Positions 25,865 through 35,406 of a stretch of 64,000 nt of DNA are shown here, in pieces. The stretch lies in the IMG/VR virus record IMGVR_UViG_3300044796_000056, positions 1 to 64,000 of that record. One strand, written 5' to 3'. The number at the start of each line of letters is the position of its first letter. Positions within the stretch are counted from its first letter, which is position 1. Below the pieces are notes generated by a model. That model saw only the letters and a list, made by a program, of their open reading frames with translations, was not told the DNA's origin and did not search any database. The stretch comes from a virus. The position numbers and the translations under genes were made by a program.

Positions 25865-26737
25865 ATGTCATTCTCACCCATGCTCGCGGACAACGCACCG
25901 AAAGTGCTCAAGTATCCGCTCCTGGCTTCCTCCAAGCTTGACGGCATCCGATGTACCGTGATCAACGGTGTGGCCATGAGCCGCTCCTTCAAACCGCTGC
26001 CCAACCAACACATCCAAAAGATGCTGTCGGAAGGCTTCGACGGTTTGGACGGTGAATTGATCGTCGGTCCGGTCGGCGCGAAGGACGTCTTCAACAAGAC
26101 CACCAGCGCCGTCATGCGCCGTGAAGGCACTCCGGACTTCGTGTTCTACGTGTTCGACAACATCTACGCGGGCGACGGTGTACCTTTCTGCGAGCGCTAT
26201 GAATCGCTCCTGAAGATGGATATCCCGGCTCCTGGTCAAGTGCTCCGGCACAACCTGATCACCAACGAAGACGAGCTCAATGCCTATGAGTCCAGCGTGC
26301 TGGCCAATGGCTTGGAGGGTCTCATCGTTCGTGATCCGCAGGGTCCGTACAAGAATGGCCGCAGCACTGCCAAGCAGGGCTGGATGCTGAAGATCAAACG
26401 TTTCACCGACTCGGAAGCTGAAATCATCGACTTCCAAGAGGAAATGGAGAATGGCAACGTGGCGACGAAGGATGCCTTCGGTCGCACGGAACGCTCCAGC
26501 CACCAGGACAACCTGATCCCGAAAGGCACCCTTGGTGCGCTCGTGGTCAAGGACATCAAGACTGGCGTCAAGTTCAACATTGGAACCGGCTTCACAGCTG
26601 CTATGCGCAAGGACTACTGGGACAGCCGCAAGAAATTGATGGGCAAGCTAGTCAAGTACAAGTTCTTTGAGGTCGGCACCAAGGACGCTCCGAGGCATCC
26701 AGTTTTTATAGGATTTCGGGACAGGATGGACCTGTGA
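25865..26737 (+). CDS. minimal ATP-dependent DNA ligase
   Basis: KLDGIR, LDGEL, EGLIVR, LKIK, GTGFT, PRHPVF. Confidence 0.95.
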   Translation: MSFSPMLADNAPKVLKYPLLASSKLDGIRCTVINGVAMSRSFKPLPNQHIQKMLSEGFDGLDGELIVGPVGAKDVFNKTTSAVMRREGTPDFVFYVFDNIYAGDGVPFCERYESLLKMDIPAPGQVLRHNLITNEDELNAYESSVLANGLEGLIVRDPQGPYKNGRSTAKQGWMLKIKRFTDSEAEIIDFQEEMENGNVATKDAFGRTERSSHQDNLIPKGTLGALVVKDIKTGVKFNIGTGFTAAMRKDYWDSRKKLMGKLVKYKFFEVGTKDAPRHPVFIGFRDRMDL

Positions 26738-26949
26738 TGGACAAGCAACCTGCTCAAACACTCGAGATTCTGAGAGAATGGATGAAACCCATCGTTCAGA
26801 AGCGTGCCGAAGCAAAGGCTGAAGAAAGTGCTCGGTTCCGGGAGAACCTACTCACCGAAATCTGCTACCGAGGATTTGCTTACAACGTGCGTTCCCAGTC
26901 CGGTATTGATAGTTTGCGTCGAGCGATTGAACGTAATGGTGAAGCATGA
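26734..26949 (+). CDS. hypothetical protein
   Basis: Coupled to ligase. Confidence 0.5.
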   Translation: MMDKQPAQTLEILREWMKPIVQKRAEAKAEESARFRENLLTEICYRGFAYNVRSQSGIDSLRRAIERNGEA

Positions 26950-27335
26950 AGAACATTATGAAAACTATGATCGCTTTGTTGATGTTTTCCGCTGTTGCAT
27001 CGGCCGCTGATTGGCAATACGTGGACACTAACGGCCAGCCGTTCACGAATCGGGGAAATAATATTTTCTATGACAAGGCATCCGTTGTCATTAACGGCGA
27101 CAGTAGAAAGGTATGGTTGAAGTTCCATCCTGTGGGACCAAAAGCTTCTGGTCCCGATAGCGACCAACTGTGGTCCATACGTTGCCACGACCGGCAGTAC
27201 AAGATACTGGTTTTAATGGATGGGAGAGGAAATGATCTCGCGGCTCCCGACAATCCATATCTTCGCCACGACTACATAGACATTGAACCAGACACGTGGA
27301 TGGAAGACTTATTGACCCAAGTTTGCGCTCACTGA
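26946..27335 (+). CDS. secreted protein (surface-adhesin-E-like fold possible)
   Basis: Signal peptide ASA-ADW; terminal Cys pair. Confidence 0.6.
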   Translation: MKNIMKTMIALLMFSAVASAADWQYVDTNGQPFTNRGNNIFYDKASVVINGDSRKVWLKFHPVGPKASGPDSDQLWSIRCHDRQYKILVLMDGRGNDLAAPDNPYLRHDYIDIEPDTWMEDLLTQVCAH

Positions 27336-27410
27336 TCACTTCATCAAACACCTCATCGAAAAGATTAGATCATGAACCACAGGAACCGGCTTGAACAACA
27401 AGGTGATTGT

Positions 27411-27761
27411 ATGACTTTCGAGGAATGGTGGGACTTTACATACGTCCGCAAGGGTTTCATGGGAGACCAACCAGGTGTCATGGGCGCGGCCTTCAAAGAG
27501 GTCGCCGAGAAAGCCTGGGACGCGGCACTTAGTATGGACGCTCAGCAACCGTTGCCACCACGGCAAGGTGCGATCGTCAAGTGGGTGGCACATCATGACT
27601 ATGTGCCGCCACCAGGTGACGCGCGCAACGAGCGATCCCTGGTTTTTATTGGAGAAATACCCAACATGCCAGGCCATGGTGTCTTTGCCGGTGGATCAGG
27701 AAAGATGCACATAGGCTACCACATCAACGAGTTCGTTGAGTTAACAGAGGATGAAGTATGA
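27411..27761 (+). CDS. hypothetical protein
   Basis: AGGTG RBS; MTFEEWW; FIGEIPNMPGH. Confidence 0.6.
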   Translation: MTFEEWWDFTYVRKGFMGDQPGVMGAAFKEVAEKAWDAALSMDAQQPLPPRQGAIVKWVAHHDYVPPPGDARNERSLVFIGEIPNMPGHGVFAGGSGKMHIGYHINEFVELTEDEV

Positions 27762-27973
27762 GTCAAAATCAATCCAGCACTGGCGGTTCCGCTAGCGCTA
27801 CTGGTGGAAGCAGTGAATCGAGCTCTAGCTCGTATTCATCCACCACTACCTATTACGGCCATGGTGTCTCCCCGACCCAATGCCCTGAGATCAGTGCCAG
27901 CGGTGCAGCTGCCGGGCTGACGATCCTTTTGATGGGTCTTGCCATCGCCATGGGTCGCCGTAGGAAGGTCTAA
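27758..27973 (+). CDS. Ser/Gly-rich peptide with VPEID/PEP-CTERM-like sorting signal
   Basis: CPEISASGAAAGLTILLMGLAIAMGRRRKV: PEI motif, TM helix, Arg cluster. Confidence 0.65.
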   Translation: MSQNQSSTGGSASATGGSSESSSSSYSSTTTYYGHGVSPTQCPEISASGAAAGLTILLMGLAIAMGRRRKV

Positions 27974-28212
27974 TGAAAGTCCCTTCACCAGCAGCGGTTA
28001 TACTCGCCCGTAAGGGTAATGACGCCAATGTTCCTGTCCTAGATCGGATGGTGGCACTCGCCACACTTGGGGCCATGGCCGAGGCCGGTGAAGTCTTCAT
28101 TGAAGTCCCAGACGACTTGATCCTGGCCGTGCGCCTATCATCTCCAAAGGAAGACAAACCCAAGGAAGAATACGTTTGGCGAAATGGTGCGTGGGTCAAG
28201 AAACGGTACTAG
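27973..28212 (+). CDS. hypothetical protein
   Basis: TAATG coupling. Confidence 0.55.
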   Translation: MKVPSPAAVILARKGNDANVPVLDRMVALATLGAMAEAGEVFIEVPDDLILAVRLSSPKEDKPKEEYVWRNGAWVKKRY

Positions 28213-28289
28213 TTAACGTTTTCAAAAGATTGTTCGTAATTAAGTTAAATCAGCACCCTAAGTGCTAGATTTGGCGTATAATAGTCTTC
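28201..28289 (+). repeat. promoter cassette repeat copy 6
   Basis: Same motif blocks and spacing. Confidence 0.9.
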
Positions 28290-28460
28290 ATGAAATACAG
28301 AATCTATTGGACGAATTTCGGCTACTACAGCCAGGACGAATTCACCACTCTGGCCGAAGCCATCGCCTACGGCAAAAGCAAGTGTTTCGAGTTCCAAATC
28401 TCCCACGACTGTAACGTCGTCGCTTCCTGGTCGCCGATCGGCGGTCTGAGGACTATCTAA
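28290..28460 (+). CDS. hypothetical protein (56 aa, not in ORF track)
   Basis: MKYRIYWTNFGYY..., leaderless after repeat. Confidence 0.6.
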   Translation: MKYRIYWTNFGYYSQDEFTTLAEAIAYGKSKCFEFQISHDCNVVASWSPIGGLRTI

Positions 28461-28461
28461 G

Positions 28462-29124
28462 ATGAACACTCCTGTGTACACTGACCAGCAGCTGGTCCTC
28501 CAGTCTCTCCTCGAATCTGGTCTTGTGCCGGCTTGGCGTCAAGACTTCGCTCGCAGCATCTCGCTGGAGCCGCGCCTCTCGCCCAAGCAGGCCATGTGGT
28601 TGGACAAGATCGTCACCGAGGTCTGTAATGCTCCTCCGGCTGCGGCTCCGATCAACGGTAACTTTGACGCCATCTTCAACATGTTCGCGACCGCCAGCAA
28701 ACATCTGAAATTCCCCAAGGTCCAGTTGGATTCTGATGTCGGTCACGTGAAACTGTCTGTGGCTTCCAAGAATGCCAAGTATCCCGGTTCGATCAGCATC
28801 GTCCTGGACGGTTCGCGCGGTTTCGTTGGTCGCATTCGGTTGGATGGTACGGTTGACATCAATCGCCAGGGCACGGACATCAGCCAAGAGATCATCGCTT
28901 TCCTGGTCGAGTTCAACAAGGATCCGGTCAAGATGTCGGTCGAGCAGGGCAAGCTTCACAGCCGCTGCTGCTTCTGCGCCTTGCCGTTGAAGACCCAGGA
29001 GAGCCTCGCGGTCGGCTACGGTGACGTCTGTGCCAAGCACTGGGGTTTGCCGTGGGGTAAGAAGAAGATCACGGATCCTGAGATCCTTGAGGCTGCTCAT
29101 CTTACCTTTCAACGGGTGAAATAA
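28462..29124 (+). CDS. DUF6011-like zinc-binding protein
   Basis: CCFCALPL...ESLAVGYGDVCAKHWG. Confidence 0.75.
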   Translation: MNTPVYTDQQLVLQSLLESGLVPAWRQDFARSISLEPRLSPKQAMWLDKIVTEVCNAPPAAAPINGNFDAIFNMFATASKHLKFPKVQLDSDVGHVKLSVASKNAKYPGSISIVLDGSRGFVGRIRLDGTVDINRQGTDISQEIIAFLVEFNKDPVKMSVEQGKLHSRCCFCALPLKTQESLAVGYGDVCAKHWGLPWGKKKITDPEILEAAHLTFQRVK

Positions 29125-29275
29125 TGACGCAGGTTCAACTCCGCAACCGGCGCTCGATCATCGTGAACGAGCTCACCAAGATGTCATACGACGGTTGGCA
29201 CAAATACAAGGGTGTGGACTATCTGCCTTTGGAAGCAGAGCTCCGTCAGATTGAACCCAAGATTCATAGGAACAG

Positions 29276-29785
29276 ATGAGTCTGAAATTCACTCCGCTCT
29301 TTCTTTTGGGTTCCTATGCGTTCGCAGGGACGCCGGATACCTATGTCCGTTCTGATTCTCCTGCTTTCGATACCCTGAATCAAGCAGCCCAGGCCGCGCT
29401 CCAAAATGCCGTCTATGACTCTAGGATGCAGGGTTTCGAGTATGGTGGAGCTATCATACAGGTAGACAATAAATTCTACTACACATACCCGGTGACGATT
29501 GGAGATCCGCTCAAGGTGGAGTTTACAATCAAATTCCATCACACGGATAAACTGGTGGGTTTGTATCATACGCACCCTGAAAATAGGTCGAGCCTAGATG
29601 TCTGCGATACAACACGGTTCTCTAATGAGGACATAGTGATGGCCAGACAGTTGAAGGTTCCTTCCTATATCTGGGTAGAGAAGACCAACAGTTATCGGGT
29701 TTTCTTACCAGGTCAAAGCATCACGTCCCTAATAAGGAATGAACATGATGTCTTGGAATACACGTCAATAGGACAAGCTATATGA
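29276..29785 (+). CDS. secreted JAB/MPN-like (DUF4329) protein
   Basis: Signal peptide AFA; EYGGAI...YHTHP...FSNEDI. Confidence 0.7.
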   Translation: MSLKFTPLFLLGSYAFAGTPDTYVRSDSPAFDTLNQAAQAALQNAVYDSRMQGFEYGGAIIQVDNKFYYTYPVTIGDPLKVEFTIKFHHTDKLVGLYHTHPENRSSLDVCDTTRFSNEDIVMARQLKVPSYIWVEKTNSYRVFLPGQSITSLIRNEHDVLEYTSIGQAI

Positions 29786-29911
29786 GCATCCGCATTATCT
29801 GGCCTGAGAATAAAAGAGTCTCAGATATGCAGATCACTATTTGGTTCGAAGACATTCGGGCTCTGGCGGATGCCGCTTAACTCTTAAGATAGAACAGAGT
29901 ATAATTGATAC

Positions 29912-30799
29912 ATGGATGAATTGCGTGAGTTCGTTGAGAACAACCCTAAGCTGGTGACTCGTCGTGAGTCTGTCCGGTATCCGGGTCTATACGTCATCAA
30001 ATACACCCGAAAGGTGTTCTACGATGCTCTCTGGAATGACGTTCTAGAAGAGTGTCGAGGTCTTGTTGTCGATGCGGAATGGAACCGCGTCGTCAATCCC
30101 TTCCGAAAGATCTACAATCGCGGCGAGCGGGGAACGGATTTCCCGCTTGACGAGCCGGTGGTAGCCGTCCAGAAAGTCAATGGCTTCATGGCGGGAGCAA
30201 CTTACATTGAAGGATATGGAGTCGTGGTGTCAACTACCGGCTCCCTGGACTCACCATTTGTGGAGATCGCGGAACGTCATCTGCGGTCCAAGATTTGTAA
30301 TTGGATAGACAAGGTTGGTCACAAGATCACTTGGCTATTCGAGATTTGTGATCCCTCTGACCCGCACATCATCCAGGAGACTCCTGGCGCCTATCTAATA
30401 GGCGCGCGTTACGTGACCGGTGATATGATGTCAGAGGGAGCGCTAGATTCTATGGCTCCTGGTATGGGTGCAATGCGGCCTAACCATCTGCGTATACCGT
30501 TCGAGTCCGTCCTGTTGGCTATGACCAACTGCCGACTCGAAGGCTTTGTGGTTCACTCCCATCGCCTGCAGAAGTCACTGAAGATCAAGTCACCATACTA
30601 TTTGGTGACCAAGTTCCTTGCTCGTATGCGGGCGGAACGTTTCCTGGAGCGGATCAATGATCCAAAGCTGCGGGAGACCGTCGATGAGGAGTTCTACCCT
30701 CTGTTGGACCATTTATGGGCCAACCAGATATCATTCAACCTACTAAACGATGAGCAGGCCAAGATTGCCGTCATCCGTAAATTCTTGGAGACTATGTAA
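29912..30799 (+). CDS. RNA ligase 1-like protein
   Basis: EECRGLV, PFRKIYN, KVNGF (motif I), FEI, EGFVV, KIKS. Confidence 0.85.
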   Translation: MDELREFVENNPKLVTRRESVRYPGLYVIKYTRKVFYDALWNDVLEECRGLVVDAEWNRVVNPFRKIYNRGERGTDFPLDEPVVAVQKVNGFMAGATYIEGYGVVVSTTGSLDSPFVEIAERHLRSKICNWIDKVGHKITWLFEICDPSDPHIIQETPGAYLIGARYVTGDMMSEGALDSMAPGMGAMRPNHLRIPFESVLLAMTNCRLEGFVVHSHRLQKSLKIKSPYYLVTKFLARMRAERFLERINDPKLRETVDEEFYPLLDHLWANQISFNLLNDEQAKIAVIRKFLETM

Positions 30800-30953
30800 T
30801 GACTAAAGCCGAATTGAAGAAGAAAATGGAAGATTTCATCCAATCACAAGATAACCGTGATAGAGATGAAGCATATGGGACTGATCGAACATTCGCAATA
30901 TCAGTGCTGAAAGAATTTGCCGAAACTATCAACATAGAATTGGGAGTGGAATA

Positions 30954-31574
30954 ATGGATAAGTCTTTGATGCCTGTTGGTTTGGGTATGATTCCTGCCGT
31001 CATCGAATCCGGTGCGCGCGGTGAACGAACTTATGACATCTATTCACGCTTGATGCGTGAACGGGTCGTCTTTCTGGTTGGACCTATCGACGACTGGTGC
31101 GCCAACGTGCTGGTCGCCCAGCTGCTGTATTTGGAGCATGAGAGTCCTGAGCAGACCATCAGTCTCTACATCAATTCTCCAGGCGGCTCAGTAACATCAG
31201 GTCTGGCAATCTATGACACGATGAAGTTCATCCGCGCACCCATCAGCACGATCTGTATCGGTGAGGCGGCAAGCATGGGAGCATTCATCCTGGCGTCAGG
31301 TACTAAGGGCAAGCGCTTCATTCTACCCAACGCCGAGGTTATGATTCACCAGCTGTCCGCCGGTTTCGCCGGTCAGGGAACCGACATCGCTATCCACGCG
31401 GCTATGATTGCTCGCACCAAAGCGAAGCTGAACCGCATCATGGCGACCGAAACTGGTCACACTGCAGAAGAGGTAGAGAAGGCTTCTGAGCGTGATAATT
31501 TCTTGACCGCTGAAGAGGCTTTGGGTTTTGGTATCGTTGACCGAATCGTGACGAGAGCTCCTTCTGAAGACTAA
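30954..31574 (+). CDS. clpP: ClpP protease subunit
   Basis: YDIYSRL, YINSPGGSV, AASMG, MIHQ, RDNF. Confidence 0.96.
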   Translation: MDKSLMPVGLGMIPAVIESGARGERTYDIYSRLMRERVVFLVGPIDDWCANVLVAQLLYLEHESPEQTISLYINSPGGSVTSGLAIYDTMKFIRAPISTICIGEAASMGAFILASGTKGKRFILPNAEVMIHQLSAGFAGQGTDIAIHAAMIARTKAKLNRIMATETGHTAEEVEKASERDNFLTAEEALGFGIVDRIVTRAPSED

Positions 31575-31580
31575 ATATAG

Positions 31581-31653
31581 AAAACGTTAACGAGTACCGT
31601 TAATAAGTTAAATTCGACTTGACTTCTCGTACAGATTAGGTATAATAGTTCAT
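31581..31653 (+). repeat. promoter cassette repeat copy 7 (short; upstream box inverted)
   Basis: AACGTTAACGAGTACCG-TTAA-TAAGTTAAAT...TATAAT. Confidence 0.7.
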
Positions 31654-31826
31654 ATGTTTAAAGTGATTGTTTTGATCCATATCATAGCCAGCGGGCACGT
31701 CGATATAGTAGAGACTATTATGCCCGTTCAGACATATGAGAGAGCACAGCAAGTTTGCGCTTATCAACTGCACCAAATTCAGCCCGCAGTAGGAACGTAT
31801 CTTACATGTGATATAGAAGGAATAAG

Positions 31827-32347
31827 TTGAACTATTCCCTTCATTATAAACGGTTGGTAACGAGGTCTCCTCAGAGGAAACCCAAGGAGGGTTACTTTGA
31901 ACGGCACCATATCGTCCCGAAGTGTATGGATGGATCAGATTTGGTTTCCAATCTGGTCTATCTAACACCAGAAGAACACTATGTCGCTCATCAGTTGCTG
32001 GTAAAGATGTATCCGGAAATCTGGGATTGATACGAGCCGCTAACGTGATGAATAAGGGTAGCGGTAACAGTAAAACATATGGTTGGCTTCGACGGCAACT
32101 TAGCTCGGCGCAAACAGGTAGCAAGAATCATATGTTTGGGGTTAGAGTATTTGGAAAAGTCAATCCTAATTTCGGTCGTAAATGGTCTGAAGAAAAGAAA
32201 CAGGCTATGAGCGCCCTAAAGAAAGGTTGTCGTGATAGTAGTGAAACGAAAGCAAAGAAGAGTAAGTCTAAGAGCGCCACCCATAGGGCGAACATAGCCA
32301 AGAGCAAGTTAGGTAATATAAATGGCTTCAAGCGGAAAGTAGCATGA
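31827..32347 (+). pseudogene. HNH (Mob-like) homing endonuclease split by a frameshift near 32014
   Basis: ERHHIVPKC..G.D..SNLV.LT.EEH..AH in one frame; NUMOD3-like tail in the -1 frame. Confidence 0.8.
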
Positions 32348-32913
32348 GTATCTGGTTCACGAGCGATTTGCATTTTTCTCATAAGAATATAGCCAAGTTC
32401 TGTCCGAAGACTCGACCGCATTCTGATCCTATGGAAATGGACAACCATATGATTAATCGCTGGAATACTCAAGTTAAACCAGAAGATACGGTTTGGGCAC
32501 TCGGAGATATTTTCTTCTGCCAGGCCGACCGGGCCAAGACCATCATGGAGCGCCTGAATGGGCACAAGCATCTGGTCTACGGCAACCACGACCAAGTGAT
32601 ACGCGGAGACAAGGTCCTTCAGGGCATGTTCGACTCAATCCATGAGTACAAGGAAATACACGTTGACGGCAACATGTTGTGCTTGTTCCATTATCCTATC
32701 TATGAGTGGAACAAGATCCACCACAACGCCATCCACTTACATGGTCACATCCATGAGCGGTTGAGCGGCGTGCCGGGCAAGATCTTGAACGTCTGTGTTG
32801 ACTCACCTACGTTCGGTGACGGCTCTTATTCTTTGTACCACAGTGACATCGTTTTGGCGGCGGCTAGGAAGTTGCCTGAGCGTCCTCATGGTTCAGCCGG
32901 GAAGACACAATAA
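32344..32913 (+). CDS. calcineurin-like metallophosphoesterase
   Basis: SDLH, LGD, GNHD, HGHIH. Confidence 0.92.
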   Translation: MSIWFTSDLHFSHKNIAKFCPKTRPHSDPMEMDNHMINRWNTQVKPEDTVWALGDIFFCQADRAKTIMERLNGHKHLVYGNHDQVIRGDKVLQGMFDSIHEYKEIHVDGNMLCLFHYPIYEWNKIHHNAIHLHGHIHERLSGVPGKILNVCVDSPTFGDGSYSLYHSDIVLAAARKLPERPHGSAGKTQ

Positions 32914-33512
32914 TGGCACGACGTAATTACATGGTGGACGTTGAGACCCTGGACGTGGAAAGTACGTCCGTGGTCCTCTCCTGCGCCATCATCGAGTTCA
33001 GCCTGGATGAAGTTCCAGACTATCAGAAGATCTTCGGCCGCGCTCTCTTTGTCAAGTTTGACGTGGAAGAGCAGGTCGCCAAGTTTAAGCGCACGATCAA
33101 GAAGAGCACTCTTGAGTGGTGGGCGACTCAGCCTCTGAGCACCCGCACAAAGAGTTTGGTGCCGTCAACCTTTGATGTGGATGCGGCTACCGGCTTACAG
33201 ATGATTCGCGACTATGCGGACCTGGACTCCAATTCTGACAAGAACCGGAACGTCAAGTTCTGGGCACGTGGTATCCTTGACCAGAGCACTCTGGATAGCC
33301 TGAGCAACGCAACGAGCGGTGATATCCTGGTCCCGTACAACAATTGGTTTGATGTACGCACGTTCTTGTTCGCTCTGTACGAGAGTGAGAGCGGCTACAT
33401 TACAGTGCCTGGTTTCGACCACAGGAACGTGGTCACCAAGCACGACCCGGTGCATGACTGTGCCAACGATTTGATGATGATTTTGAGTGGCAATTTGCCC
33501 AAGGCAGAATAA
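32913..33512 (+). CDS. DEDDh 3'-5' exonuclease (DexA/Rv2179c-like)
   Basis: DVETLD, WARG..D, DVRT, HDPVHD. Confidence 0.85.
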   Translation: MARRNYMVDVETLDVESTSVVLSCAIIEFSLDEVPDYQKIFGRALFVKFDVEEQVAKFKRTIKKSTLEWWATQPLSTRTKSLVPSTFDVDAATGLQMIRDYADLDSNSDKNRNVKFWARGILDQSTLDSLSNATSGDILVPYNNWFDVRTFLFALYESESGYITVPGFDHRNVVTKHDPVHDCANDLMMILSGNLPKAE

Positions 33513-34014
33513 GTTGAAGTATTTGTTTCTGGACATCGACGGTGTCCTCAATAATTATCCATGGTATGAAAAGATGTACAAGGAGAATCCTCCTTCCATC
33601 CGTAATAACATGACACCTGAAGAGCGCGCCCTGATTGACTTTGATCCGGCCAACGTTGCTCAGCTGGAACGCATCGTCGTTTCTCAACCAGACCTTTGGA
33701 TCATCATATCTTCTTCCTGGCGTCGTCTCCATTCTTTGGCCGAAATACGCGGCTACATAATCAATAAGGGTGGAATAGAAGCCGGCAAGCGTGTCAAGGA
33801 TAAGACGACCCACCAGCCGGCATTGTTCAAGATTCGCGGTCAAGAGATCAATCACTGGTTGGAGAATTATTCCGACGAGCCGCACCCTTATGTAATCTTG
33901 GATGACGACAGTGACATGCTTCCTGAACAGAAAGCCGGTCATTTTGTACAGACACATTATTTGGGTGGACTAACACCGGAATTGGCAGACGAAGCCATCA
34001 AGATCTTAGGGTAG
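33487..34014 (+). CDS. HAD phosphatase (RNA-repair HAD_SAK_2-like)
   Basis: FLDIDGVLN, ISSSWR, RG.EI..W, YVILDD. Confidence 0.88.
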   Translation: MAICPRQNKLKYLFLDIDGVLNNYPWYEKMYKENPPSIRNNMTPEERALIDFDPANVAQLERIVVSQPDLWIIISSSWRRLHSLAEIRGYIINKGGIEAGKRVKDKTTHQPALFKIRGQEINHWLENYSDEPHPYVILDDDSDMLPEQKAGHFVQTHYLGGLTPELADEAIKILG

Positions 34015-34049
34015 ATATACTCTTAAGGTTGAACGGAGTATAATAAGTT

Positions 34050-34235
34050 ATGTGGAAGAATTTCAAAGAATTCCTTGATCGTGAACAGAAAGTCGTCGGC
34101 GTAGTCGGCAACTTCTTGGTACCATTCACCATAGGTTACTTACTCAACTCCGTCATGACGATTCACAATTGGCGGTTTTGGGTTATCATTGTTTTAGTAT
34201 TGGCGTATCGAGGCACTAGAGGCAAAAATGGCTAA
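34050..34235 (+). CDS. small membrane protein
   Basis: Two hydrophobic segments; leaderless after promoter. Confidence 0.55.
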   Translation: MWKNFKEFLDREQKVVGVVGNFLVPFTIGYLLNSVMTIHNWRFWVIIVLVLAYRGTRGKNG

Positions 34236-34635
34236 GCAGACTCAATCTTTTCGTTTATTCCAGCTGCTAAAGAGCGGCGAACCGGTCAAGACTCAGGTTT
34301 TGTCCGAGACTCTGAAGATCCATATCTTCTCAGTGCCGGTCTACATCCATGAACTGAAGAACCAGTTCAAGGCTGAGATCAAGTCCATCCGCGAAGGCCG
34401 CAAGGTTGTTGCGTATCAGCTGATCAACGCCGACAAGGTAAAGGTGCCAGAGTTCCGCAAGAACAGCTATGGTGAAGTGCCAAAGGCTAAGACCAGCGTC
34501 GTGCAGTCCATTGCCGAGGAACTGGAGTCAGCCAACACTGGTGTGGTCGGCGAGCGCGAGTTCGCGGACATTAAGTCCAGTCTTGGTCTTGGCGGCGGCT
34601 TTGGTGGCTTTGGTAATACCGGCAGCGACTACTAA
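34228..34635 (+). CDS. putative winged-helix DNA-binding protein
   Basis: HTH-like N-terminus and REGRKVVAYQL wing. Confidence 0.55.
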   Translation: MAKQTQSFRLFQLLKSGEPVKTQVLSETLKIHIFSVPVYIHELKNQFKAEIKSIREGRKVVAYQLINADKVKVPEFRKNSYGEVPKAKTSVVQSIAEELESANTGVVGEREFADIKSSLGLGGGFGGFGNTGSDY

Positions 34636-34823
34636 TGCTGTTGGCGCAGACCGCCAGAGGCATCCTAAGCGGGGATATCGGTGCCACGTTTCAAGACAAG
34701 ATTGAAGCGTACAAATTCTACAACGACAACTTCATGTTGGGAGAGCTAACACCATCCCAAACAGAAGAGTTCAGAACACTGGTTGAGGGTGGAATAATCG
34801 AAGTTCCTGCTTTCCAGTCATAA
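34635..34823 (+). CDS. hypothetical protein
   Basis: TAATG coupling. Confidence 0.55.
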   Translation: MLLAQTARGILSGDIGATFQDKIEAYKFYNDNFMLGELTPSQTEEFRTLVEGGIIEVPAFQS

Positions 34824-35005
34824 TGGCACGCAAGGTAGAATACATCGTCATAGACGATTACGGGGACGATTGGGAAGAAGGTTCAATTGCTTTCGGACCA
34901 TTCGATACACGAGAAGAAGCAGATGAACAAGCCGAGGCAGAGAATTATCACTCTGCTTCCATCGTCAAGGTGGTAAACGGTAAGCGTGTGGAGCAATTAC
35001 GATGA
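34823..35005 (+). CDS. hypothetical acidic protein
   Basis: TAATG coupling. Confidence 0.55.
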   Translation: MARKVEYIVIDDYGDDWEEGSIAFGPFDTREEADEQAEAENYHSASIVKVVNGKRVEQLR

Positions 35006-35406
35006 TTTACCAATTTAAATTACTTCAACCACAAGAGTACGCGGGCCAAACCCTACCTATCGGCACGATCATCGAGATAGAGATGAAGTATGCCGAATAC
35101 GATGAGTTCTTCAAGGACAATGAAAAGACCCTTGAACGTTACATCGGCACGGCTCCTTCTGTGGTTTGGGATGGTGTCCATTACGGCACCACAACATCTG
35201 ATCGAGCCAGCGATGGCTTCAAGGAAGTCCTGGCCAAGATCGGTGAGAATCATCCATCCAGTCCTCTGGCCGACCGGTTCCGCAAGAACAAGACCATCAA
35301 AGAGATCAGGACCAAAGAGACGGTCAAGAAGCATCGCGACAAGGCAGCTAAGGCCGCCAAAGATGCGGTATCCAAGCGCAAGGGTAAGATGTGGGATAGA
35401 CCTTGA
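35002..35406 (+). CDS. conserved T4-like hypothetical (FmdB-like)
   Basis: GFKEVLAKIGENHPSSPLA motif upstream of exonuclease. Confidence 0.6.
   Translation: MIYQFKLLQPQEYAGQTLPIGTIIEIEMKYAEYDEFFKDNEKTLERYIGTAPSVVWDGVHYGTTTSDRASDGFKEVLAKIGENHPSSPLADRFRKNKTIKEIRTKETVKKHRDKAAKAAKDAVSKRKGKMWDRP

Noticed and set aside
25874-29112. Long antisense ORFs (25874-26503, 28453-29112; also 39521-40165)
   Set aside because: Shadows of codon-biased sense genes
22541-31653. Repeats as a CRISPR array or attC sites
   Set aside because: Spacing is 0.4-3 kb and gene-filled, repeats end in TATAAT plus ATG, and no cas or integrase gene is present
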